DNA of 10,180 nucleotides from an uncultured bacterium. GTDB lineage: Bacteria; SAR324; NAC60-12. Positions 1 to 6,705 of this stretch are shown piece after piece. Each line of letters opens with the position of its first letter. The stretch's first letter is position 1. A program made the position numbers and the translations under genes. The notes under the pieces are model-generated. The model ran no database searches. It was given only the letters and a program-made list of their open reading frames with translations, and was not told the origin of the DNA. Where the stretch lies: the NCBI GenBank assembly GCA_965662845.1, contig CBFIJD010000015.1:54858-65037 (forward strand), given 5' to 3'.

Positions 1-1
1 G

Positions 2-469
2 GCGCTGGTGGTGATGTTGAGCTTTTTGTTTGGCGGAGAGTATCTGCTGCGGCTGCTCAGCTTAGAGACGGAATCGCTACAGATTGCGGGCGGAATTGTG
101 CTCTTCTTGATCGCGTTGCGGATGATCTTTCCGACGCCAGGAGGAGTGATGGGGGAATTTGACGAAGGCGAGCCGTTTTTGGTGCCATTGGCGATTCCGT
201 TGTTAGCGGGGCCATCGATTATGGCGACACTGATTCTGCTGGTGAACTCCGAGCCTCAGCGGATGGCCAAGTGGGTTGCCGCCGTCTTGATTGCGTGGGG
301 CATCAGCGCTGTCGTGATGCTCAGCTCGACGATGTTGTATCGCGTGTTGGGCAAGAAAGGCTTGGTCGCGCTGGAGCGTTTGATGGGGATGTTGCTGGTT
401 GCGCTGGCGGTGCAGATGTGTCTCGCAGGAATTGCCGAGTATTGGGAGCTGCTGCACCGTCCAACATGA
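2..469 (+). CDS. MarC family (NAAT/YhgN-like) membrane protein, 5'-truncated by the window edge
   Basis: Frame is open from position 2 to TGA at 467-469. Hydrophobic protein with MarC motifs IAGGIVLFLIALRMIFP, EPFLVPLAIPLLAGP and ERLMGMLL, closely resembling YhgN. Confidence 0.92.
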   Translation, partial: ALVVMLSFLFGGEYLLRLLSLETESLQIAGGIVLFLIALRMIFPTPGGVMGEFDEGEPFLVPLAIPLLAGPSIMATLILLVNSEPQRMAKWVAAVLIAWGISAVVMLSSTMLYRVLGKKGLVALERLMGMLLVALAVQMCLAGIAEYWELLHRPT

Positions 470-476
470 AGGGGCT

Positions 477-2213
477 TCAGAACTCAGAAAAGTCATCGCG
501 CATTGGGATGCGCTGCGCTGGAGACGCTTTCTTCGGAGCAGAGCCGGTTGTGGAGGTGAACGTTGGCGCTGGCAGAGAGGCGGGCCGAGGGCTGAAGGGC
601 TTTGAGTGAGTGGCCTCTGGTAGGCGCAAGGGAGAATTCACACGGCTCGCGGTCTCCTGCCCCAAGGACACGGCAGAGAGCTCAAGCCCCAACAGATCAG
701 AGAGCGCACGAATTTGGGTCTCCAGACGGTTGGCTTCTTCCCCAAGTTTTTGTGCGGAGCTAGCGGTCTCGTGCGCATGGGATGTGCTCTCTTGCGTGAG
801 GCGCTCCATCTTCACGACAGACCGCGTGACCTGATCGACGCTCTCTGCCTGCTGTTGCGAGGATTGCTCAATGGACTCCATCAAGCTTTCAACGTCCACC
901 ATGCGCTGATTTTGTTCGTCGGCAGAGGCCAACATGGTTTGAATCGTCTCTGCCACCTTGCCGAACTGTTCCAGAATTTGCTGCAGGTCTTTGCTCCCTT
1001 TTTCCGCTTTTTCCACGCCTGCCCGCGCTCGCAAATCTCCCTCCCGCACCACATCGGCGATCTCTTTAGCCGCGTTTTTGGAGTTCTCTGCCAGTTTAGA
1101 CACTTCGTCAGCGACAACGGCGAAGCCCTTCCCGTGCTCACCGGCGCGTGCCGCTTCAATCGCCGCGTTGGTCGCGAGCATTTTGGTTTGATGCGTGATT
1201 TCGTTGATGACGTCCACGATGTTGGCAATGCGTTCGCTGGCGGTGCGGAACTCACTCATGGCTTGCGCAATTTGATTCATCGTCTGAGCACCAGATTCCA
1301 CGGAAGTTTGGGCTTCTCCTGAAAGTTCAGCGGTGAGGCGGGCGTTAGAGGCGGTTTGACGAACGGATTCAGCGACTGTTTGCACGGATTGAAAGGCTTT
1401 TCGCGCGCTCTCCGCGTTGATTTTGGTGCCCTGATCAATTTCGTGCATGGAGCTGCTGATCTCTTCTAAGTTGGCGGTTTGGGCGTTCGTCCCACTCGCG
1501 AGATTGCTGCTTCCGTTACAGACCGTACTCACAGAGGACTGCGTGATGCTGGCCATCTCGGTGAGACGATAGATGAGCGCCGTGATGGGTTCAAGCAACC
1601 GGTAGTTCACAAAGGCCCAGATCGCGAGCAAAGAGAGAAACGCGTATGCGACCGACAAGAGGATCAGGATTTCGACGTTGCCGAGGTCGCTCGCGAAGTG
1701 TTCGGAGAGCGCGGAGATGTTAGCGTTGTTTTGTCGATGCAGTTGATCGAGCGCTTGCAGCGCTGGTGTGTCGTTGATTTGCACGGCTTGGTCGATGTCG
1801 GCAATGGGCTGGCCTTCGTTGTGGAGCCGGCGCACAGTGGGCATAGCGTCGCGGTATTGATCGAGCACGCGTTGGATCGCTTGCAATTGCTGGCGTTCGG
1901 TCGGTGTGACGTCCAGGCGCTGATAGGTTTGAATTGCGTCGCTGGCGAGCTGGTGGCTGGCTTCTGCTCGCGCGCGCGTGTTGTCGTCTCCACGCAGCAA
2001 ATATGCTTTGAAGTTGTGAATGAGCCCGCCGTAGCCGATGGCGTTGCTGATTGCGACTAGCTGCTCTTGCTTGGGCAAGGTGTTCGTCTCATATTTGCGC
2101 CACTCGCCGGTCAGATGAAAGGTTTGGGAGATCATCCAGGCAACGGCGATCGCATAAATGATGAAAATCACAGAAACGCCAGCCCCAATCTGGTGGCTCA
2201 TTTTGCGCAGCAT
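477..2213 (-). CDS. Methyl-accepting chemotaxis protein, about 578 aa
   Basis: Two TM helices flank a helical periplasmic domain. Signalling-tip motif [24 protein letters not shown]-terminal pentapeptide DFSEF. Start placed at ATG 2213 (GGAG shortly upstream, TM1 right after) rather than the ORF-track start at 2534. Confidence 0.95.
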   Translation of the reverse strand: MLRKMSHQIGAGVSVIFIIYAIAVAWMISQTFHLTGEWRKYETNTLPKQEQLVAISNAIGYGGLIHNFKAYLLRGDDNTRARAEASHQLASDAIQTYQRLDVTPTERQQLQAIQRVLDQYRDAMPTVRRLHNEGQPIADIDQAVQINDTPALQALDQLHRQNNANISALSEHFASDLGNVEILILLSVAYAFLSLLAIWAFVNYRLLEPITALIYRLTEMASITQSSVSTVCNGSSNLASGTNAQTANLEEISSSMHEIDQGTKINAESARKAFQSVQTVAESVRQTASNARLTAELSGEAQTSVESGAQTMNQIAQAMSEFRTASERIANIVDVINEITHQTKMLATNAAIEAARAGEHGKGFAVVADEVSKLAENSKNAAKEIADVVREGDLRARAGVEKAEKGSKDLQQILEQFGKVAETIQTMLASADEQNQRMVDVESLMESIEQSSQQQAESVDQVTRSVVKMERLTQESTSHAHETASSAQKLGEEANRLETQIRALSDLLGLELSAVSLGQETASRVNSPLRLPEATHSKPFSPRPASLPAPTFTSTTGSAPKKASPAQRIPMRDDFSEF

Positions 2214-2341
2214 AGTAGGCTCCGATGGGATGCAGAGAAGAGGGCGCTGATTGCGCGCGGGAGATAGATACGTTGCGGAATATGTTCCAACATTCAAGCG
2301 TTGCGTGAATCGTAGATCGTAAGTGGGAGACATCTTCACTG

Positions 2342-2378
2342 ATAGGTAAGAACAATTGAACTCATCCAAATAATCAAT
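2342..2378 (+). promoter_or_regulatory. Putative OxyR (LysR-type) binding site
   Basis: ATAG-gtaagaa-CAAT-tgaactc-ATCC-aaataat-CAAT compared with the E. coli consensus ATAGntnnnanCTAT-N7-ATAGntnnnanCTAT: exact N7 spacing, 15 of 20 specified positions match, and it lies upstream of peroxide-defence genes. Confidence 0.65.
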
Positions 2379-2407
2379 TTGCCCAAAGACAAAAAGTCCT
2401 CTAGCGT
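2379..2407 (+). promoter_or_regulatory. Putative sigma70 promoter of the rubrerythrin operon
   Basis: -35 TTGCCC (2379-2384), 17-bp spacer, -10 TAGCGT (2402-2407). The -35 directly abuts the OxyR-like box. Confidence 0.6.
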
Positions 2408-2504
2408 ATTTGTGTGGCTGCGCAACCGCGTGAGCCATCAGGGAAGAGAAAACGTCGACGTTTCTCATCAGATTTCTAACCACCCATCTTACACATGAGG
2501 ACCT

Positions 2505-2924
2505 ATGCCAGAGTTGAAGGGCACCAAGACCCACCAGAACCTGAAGGACGCTTTCGCCGGTGAATCACAAGCAAATCGCCGCTACCTCTACTTCGCAAAA
2601 GTTGCTGACGTCGAAGGTTACCCAGAAGTAGCTTCCAACTTCCGCGAGACCGCCGAAGGTGAGACCGGTCACGCACACGGACATATGGATTACCTCAAGC
2701 CTGCTGGCGATCCAGCGACCGACCTGCCCATGGGCGATTCTGTGACAAACTTGAAGTCTGCCATCGCTGGCGAGACCCACGAGTACACCGACATGTACCC
2801 AGGTATGGCGAAGACCGCTCGCGAAGAAGGCTTCGCTGAAGTCGCCGACTGGTTCGAAACCCTCGCCAAAGCGGAGAAGTCCCACGCTGGCCGCTTCCAG
2901 CAGATGCTCGACAGCATCTCCTAA
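2505..2924 (+). CDS. rbr: Short rubrerythrin (ferritin-like di-iron domain only, no rubredoxin domain), 139 aa
   Basis: Motifs [38 protein letters not shown] and LAKAEKSH supply the E/ExxH di-iron ligands. No cysteines. GAGG RBS at 2497-2500. Confidence 0.95.
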   Translation: MPELKGTKTHQNLKDAFAGESQANRRYLYFAKVADVEGYPEVASNFRETAEGETGHAHGHMDYLKPAGDPATDLPMGDSVTNLKSAIAGETHEYTDMYPGMAKTAREEGFAEVADWFETLAKAEKSHAGRFQQMLDSIS

Positions 2925-2931
2925 TTGATTT

Positions 2932-2981
2932 GCAGTAGGCCAACCTTGGTCTACTGTCTCCTCCGAGCGCACGGCTCGGAG
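2932..2981 (+). other. Two tandem intergenic stem-loops after rbr
   Basis: GCAGTAGGCCA-acct-TGGTCTACTGT (2932-2957; 11 bp including 2 G-U) and CTCCGAGC-gcacg-GCTCGGAG (2961-2981; perfect 8 bp). No U-tract follows. Confidence 0.65.
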
Positions 2982-3037
2982 CGCCCAACGCGGAGCCCCC
3001 CTGAAAGACGTAACCCCAAAAGCTATTGGAGATCCCC

Positions 3038-4435
3038 ATGAGTCACGACGCATCTGCCACGCCTCCGCACACTGGATCAAGGATTTCCTACGCGGCCACC
3101 GATGGTCTGAGCTATGACCCCAACGAACCCAAATATTGGGACAAACAAGCCCTTGATAAAGAAATCGAGCGCGTCTTTGAGGTGTGCCACGGCTGTCGCA
3201 TGTGCTTCAAATATTGCGACTCCTTCCCCAACCTCTTCCGCTTCATTGATGACAAGTACGACGGCGACCTGAAAAAGCTCACCGCACAAGACACCCAAGA
3301 GGTTATGGACGCCTGCTTCCAGTGCAAACTCTGCGAAGTTCAGTGCCCCTACACACCTCGCGAAGGACATGAGTTTCAGCTGGATTTCCCCAAGCTGGTG
3401 CACCGCTACAACGCGATCAAAGCCAAAGAGCGCGACGTCGCTCCTCCGCTACGAGATAAGATCTTGGCCGACCCTGATTTGAGCGGAAAAGCAGCCCGCG
3501 CCAGCTTCGGCATGGCTAACAAGCTCAGCCGCGTGAAGCTACACCGGATTTTCATGGAAAAGACGCTCGGCATCCACCGAGACAAGCTGCTGCCCGACTT
3601 CAGCAATCAAACCTTTGAAAAGATGGCCGAAGAGAAGGGGAAACTCACCCAACAGACCAACTCCGAGGCGGTCTTATTCCAAACCTGCTACGTGCAAAAC
3701 AACGAGCCCGACATTGGCTTTGACACCCTCGAAGTCCTTGAGCACAACGGAGTGCAGTGCGGTTGTGTGAAGGGCTTAGGCTGCTGCGGAATGCCCGCTT
3801 GGGAACGAGGAGATCTGCCTCGAGTGCAACAGCTCGCAAAGCACAACCTTGATCGCTTGATGCCCTATGTAGAAGCCGGGGCAAAAGTGTTGGCGATCAA
3901 CCCGACTTGCTCCATGATGATGAAGCAAGAGTACGCAGAGCTGGTCGGACCAGAAGACCAAGAGCGGGCCAAGAAATTGGCGGAAGCCGTGCAGAATCCA
4001 ACCGATTTTCTCTGGAACATTCGCAAGGAAGAACGCTTCCAACGCGACTTCCAGAGTACCCCAGGCGAGAAAGTCGCCTATCACGCGCCTTGTCACTTGC
4101 GTGCGCAGGCGGTGGGCTTCAAAGGACGAGACTTGATTCGAATGATTCCAGGTGTGACGCCTTCCATGACACTGGAGTGCTGTGGGCACGACGGCACCTA
4201 TGCGATGAAGGTAGAAGGCTTTGAGCCTTCTGCACGCATCGGAAAAAAGTCCTTTGACGAAATGCAGAGCGCCAAGGCCGAAATCTGGGCGACGGACTGT
4301 CCCTTGGCCGCCATCCAGTTTGAACAACACGCGGGCGTCAAGCCCATGCATCCCATGAGCATCCTTGCCCGAGCCTATCGCAAGGATGGCTTCCCGCAAT
4401 CTCTCGAAACCCCTGAAAAGGAGACGGACTCATGA
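3038..4435 (+). CDS. Rubrerythrin-associated Fe-S oxidoreductase (GlpC/HdrD-like; two 4Fe-4S motifs plus two CCG domains), about 465 aa
   Basis: CHGCRMCFKYC and CFQCKLCEVQCP; FQTC..CCG..NPTC and YHAPCH..CCG..TDCP. GGAGA at 3028-3032 supports ATG 3038. Confidence 0.92.
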   Translation: MSHDASATPPHTGSRISYAATDGLSYDPNEPKYWDKQALDKEIERVFEVCHGCRMCFKYCDSFPNLFRFIDDKYDGDLKKLTAQDTQEVMDACFQCKLCEVQCPYTPREGHEFQLDFPKLVHRYNAIKAKERDVAPPLRDKILADPDLSGKAARASFGMANKLSRVKLHRIFMEKTLGIHRDKLLPDFSNQTFEKMAEEKGKLTQQTNSEAVLFQTCYVQNNEPDIGFDTLEVLEHNGVQCGCVKGLGCCGMPAWERGDLPRVQQLAKHNLDRLMPYVEAGAKVLAINPTCSMMMKQEYAELVGPEDQERAKKLAEAVQNPTDFLWNIRKEERFQRDFQSTPGEKVAYHAPCHLRAQAVGFKGRDLIRMIPGVTPSMTLECCGHDGTYAMKVEGFEPSARIGKKSFDEMQSAKAEIWATDCPLAAIQFEQHAGVKPMHPMSILARAYRKDGFPQSLETPEKETDS

Positions 4436-4992
4436 ACAAAGTTCAGCGCAGTGAAATCATCGACTATGTAACCTACGAAGAAAACCGTGAAGCCGAGCGA
4501 CAGCGCGTGATGCAGATCAAAGCGCCACGTCGTGTGCACATCGGGGAATATCTGACCTTCTTGTTTGAGAACACAGAGACCATCCGCTACCAAATCCAAG
4601 AGATCTTGCGCGCAGAGCGCATCGTGCGCGAGAAGGATATTCAGCACGAGATTGATGTGTATAACGAGCTGCTGGGCGACGACGGCGAGCTGGCGTGCTG
4701 CCTGCTGATCGAAGTGGATGACAAGGCCGAGCGAGACTCCAAGCTGCGCCAGTGGCTCGGATTGCAGGCAAACGTGTATGCGAAGTTGCCGAACGGCAAG
4801 AAGGTGATGGCGACCTATGATCAACGACAGGTGGACACAGAAAAACTATCTTCTGTGCAATATTTGAAGTTGAATGTTGAGGGGAAGGTTCCTTTGTCTA
4901 TCGGTGTGGAGCATCCGCAAATGACAATGGAGCTAGACCTGAACGACGAACAGCGTCGCGCCTTCGCTGAAGATTTGGGAACGACGCCCTAA
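4432..4992 (+). CDS. DUF3501 family protein, 186 aa
   Basis: RRVHIGEYLTFLFENTETIRYQIQEILRAE..EIDVYNELL..SSVQYL pattern. ATGA overlap with the upstream gene, AAGGAG at 4418-4423, and the expected rbr/Fe-S oxidoreductase context. Confidence 0.85.
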   Translation: MNKVQRSEIIDYVTYEENREAERQRVMQIKAPRRVHIGEYLTFLFENTETIRYQIQEILRAERIVREKDIQHEIDVYNELLGDDGELACCLLIEVDDKAERDSKLRQWLGLQANVYAKLPNGKKVMATYDQRQVDTEKLSSVQYLKLNVEGKVPLSIGVEHPQMTMELDLNDEQRRAFAEDLGTTP

Positions 4993-5018
4993 ATTCAATC
5001 GCTCTCCACGGAGTTCCT

Positions 5019-5525
5019 ATGGCAACGATCACCTTTCAAGAAAACCCTGTTCAAACCGCTGGCGACTTGCCCAGCGTTGGCTCGCAAGCCCCAGACTTCA
5101 CGCTCATTGGCCCAGACCTGAGCGAAATGAAGTTGGCAGACTTCCACGGCAAGCGCTTGGTTCTGAACATTTTCCCGAGCATCGACACGCCTGTGTGCGC
5201 GAACTCCGTGCGCCGCTTTGACCAAGACATTGCGAAACTTCCGAATACCGAAGTGCTGTGTGTCTCGGCTGACTTGCCGTTCGCGCAGAGCCGCTTCATT
5301 GGAGCGGAGAAGCTGGAGAACGTGAAGGGAGCGTCCACGTTTCGTGACGCCGCCTTTGGGGAAGCCTCTGGATATGGCGTGATGATGCAAGACAGCGTGC
5401 TGAAAGGCCTGATGTCCCGCGCGGTCGTGGTAATTGGTGAAGATGGGAAAGTGCTCTACACAGAGCAAGTCCCAGATATTGCGCAAGAGCCCAGCTATCA
5501 ACCTGTGATCGACGCGCTCGCCTAA
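5019..5525 (+). CDS. tpx: Thiol peroxidase, Tpx subfamily (resolving Cys replaced by Ile), 168 aa
   Basis: APDFTL, NIFPSIDTPVC, VLCVSADLPFAQSRF, RAVVV and EP.Y motifs. GGAG at 5010-5013. Confidence 0.95.
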   Translation: MATITFQENPVQTAGDLPSVGSQAPDFTLIGPDLSEMKLADFHGKRLVLNIFPSIDTPVCANSVRRFDQDIAKLPNTEVLCVSADLPFAQSRFIGAEKLENVKGASTFRDAAFGEASGYGVMMQDSVLKGLMSRAVVVIGEDGKVLYTEQVPDIAQEPSYQPVIDALA

Positions 5526-5536
5526 TTCTGTCTTCT

Positions 5537-5568
5537 GCCTTCTCTCTTATCGAGAGGAGGTCTCTCTC
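5537..5568 (+). terminator. Possible intrinsic terminator hairpin after tpx
   Basis: CCTTCTCTC-ttatc-GAGAGGAGG (5538-5560; 9 bp, one G-U) is followed by a pyrimidine run TCTCTCTC, not a clean U-tract. Confidence 0.35.
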
Positions 5569-5644
5569 GCCTCTCCGCCTCAGCCCTATCTTTCCAGCAA
5601 AAAAAAGACTTCGCCTCTCCGCCGCAACTCTATCTTTCCGCCAA
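5567..5644. repeat. Imperfect direct repeat, two 34-bp copies with a 44-bp period
   Basis: TCGCCTCTCCGCCTCAGCCCTATCTTTCCAGCAA (5567-5600) and TCGCCTCTCCGCCGCAACTCTATCTTTCCGCCAA (5611-5644) are 29/34 identical. Confidence 0.9.
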
Positions 5645-6676
5645 CGAAAACGCGTGAAAGTTGTCAAAGCGCACGACAAAGTCCGCTCGCTCTCGCACTT
5701 GGTTGGCCTCCATGTATTGCTGATAAATGTATCCCTCGCCCTTGAGGTATGTCTCTACGAATTCGGGGTTGAAGTCTTCGCGATCATCGAGTTGAAAGAG
5801 CCGCGCGGTCGCCGCTTTTGCGGTCAAGTCGAGTAAAATTCGGGAATCTAACAACTCATTGAGTTCGGGAGTGAACAAGGTGGTTCCCCAGACCAGTACG
5901 ATCATCTCTGGGGCCCAAAACAGGGGAAAGGGGGCGGTCTCGTAGCCTCGCAGCTGCGGGGGCTCCTGTTCAATGGTGACGACCTCTCCGCGAGAATAGG
6001 GGCGCAACAAGTGTTCGAGTGTCCAACTCCGCAGATCATCCGAACGCCACAGGTGAGATTTCGCGGGCGTGTGGAACTCGGTGCCGAGCAATTCTTGCAG
6101 GTCAAATCCTCCCACCAAAATCTCTCGCTCCTCCAGCGCTTCAAGAAGCTCTCCCACAAAAAATGCATGGCCGCACTCGTCGGGGCCGCCCACGCCAACG
6201 AGCATAGGCTGGGTGGGGGCGCGGCGTTTGCGTTCCAACAGGCTTTCCGCTATCTGTAGGGCGGTGTTGCGGCTAGGGTGAAAGATGTGGAGCAAGTCCT
6301 CGAGCCTTTGCAACAAGAAGCCTTGCGCAACGTCGAGCTTGGAGGAGTTGATCGCAAAACAGGCGTCTTGTCCTTCAAGCCAGGCATGCAGCTCTGTTTG
6401 ATTCGTGACCCAAAAATGATCTTTGTGTCCAAGGCGCGGGTTGCGCGGTCCAACCTTCGCAGGTGGGCCTGCAACGACGGAGGCGAGTGAGAGGTGCTGC
6501 CAATCTTCAGGCGCGATGTCTTCGGCAAGCAGCACCAAACGAAAATCCCGCTCATTGAGGATGCGCAGCGTCTCGTTGAAGTTCTGCCACTGTTCGTTTC
6601 CCAGAGCGCCGGTGAGGCTGTCTAGGTCAAACACGAGCGTATGGACCGCGTTCGGGTGAAATGTCTCTGTTTTCAT
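5630..6676 (-). CDS. HAD-like N-terminal domain fused to a uridine-kinase/PRK-like P-loop domain, both with degenerate motifs, about 348 aa
   Basis: N-terminal LVFDLDSLT resembles HAD motif I. The C-terminal half has PMLVGVGGPDECGH, IVLVWGTTLFTPELNELLDSRILLD and RERADFVV, matching the uridine-kinase-like layout. Start placed at ATG 6676 to avoid overlap with the divergent gene. Confidence 0.65.
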   Translation of the reverse strand: MKTETFHPNAVHTLVFDLDSLTGALGNEQWQNFNETLRILNERDFRLVLLAEDIAPEDWQHLSLASVVAGPPAKVGPRNPRLGHKDHFWVTNQTELHAWLEGQDACFAINSSKLDVAQGFLLQRLEDLLHIFHPSRNTALQIAESLLERKRRAPTQPMLVGVGGPDECGHAFFVGELLEALEEREILVGGFDLQELLGTEFHTPAKSHLWRSDDLRSWTLEHLLRPYSRGEVVTIEQEPPQLRGYETAPFPLFWAPEMIVLVWGTTLFTPELNELLDSRILLDLTAKAATARLFQLDDREDFNPEFVETYLKGEGYIYQQYMEANQVRERADFVVRFDNFHAFSLAER

Positions 6677-6705
6677 GACTAACCTTTGATTCCCAAGTAA
6701 GTGAC

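Noticed and set aside
467..479. Mini inverted repeat TGAAG-ggg-CTTCA spanning the two convergent stop codons
   Set aside because: The stem is only 5 bp, partly forced by the two TGA stops, with no U-tract; too weak to call a terminator.
714..2060. Long antisense ORFs (714-1322, 1479-2060), and similarly 3776-4399, 4995-5501 and 7419-7895
   Set aside because: These are shadows of well-supported genes on the opposite strand with no recognisable motifs.
2214..2534. 107-codon N-terminal extension of the MCP given by the ORF track
   Set aside because: It overlaps the rbr start and promoter region and does not look protein-like; ATG 2213 has an RBS and directly precedes TM1.
5599..5625. Minus-strand T8 tract as terminator of the HAD/kinase-like gene
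   Set aside because: The preceding stem would depend mostly on G-U pairs, so it is not convincing.
5567..5644. Direct repeat considered as a minimal CRISPR array
   Set aside because: Only two copies, a 10-bp spacer, one copy inside a CDS end, and no cas genes.
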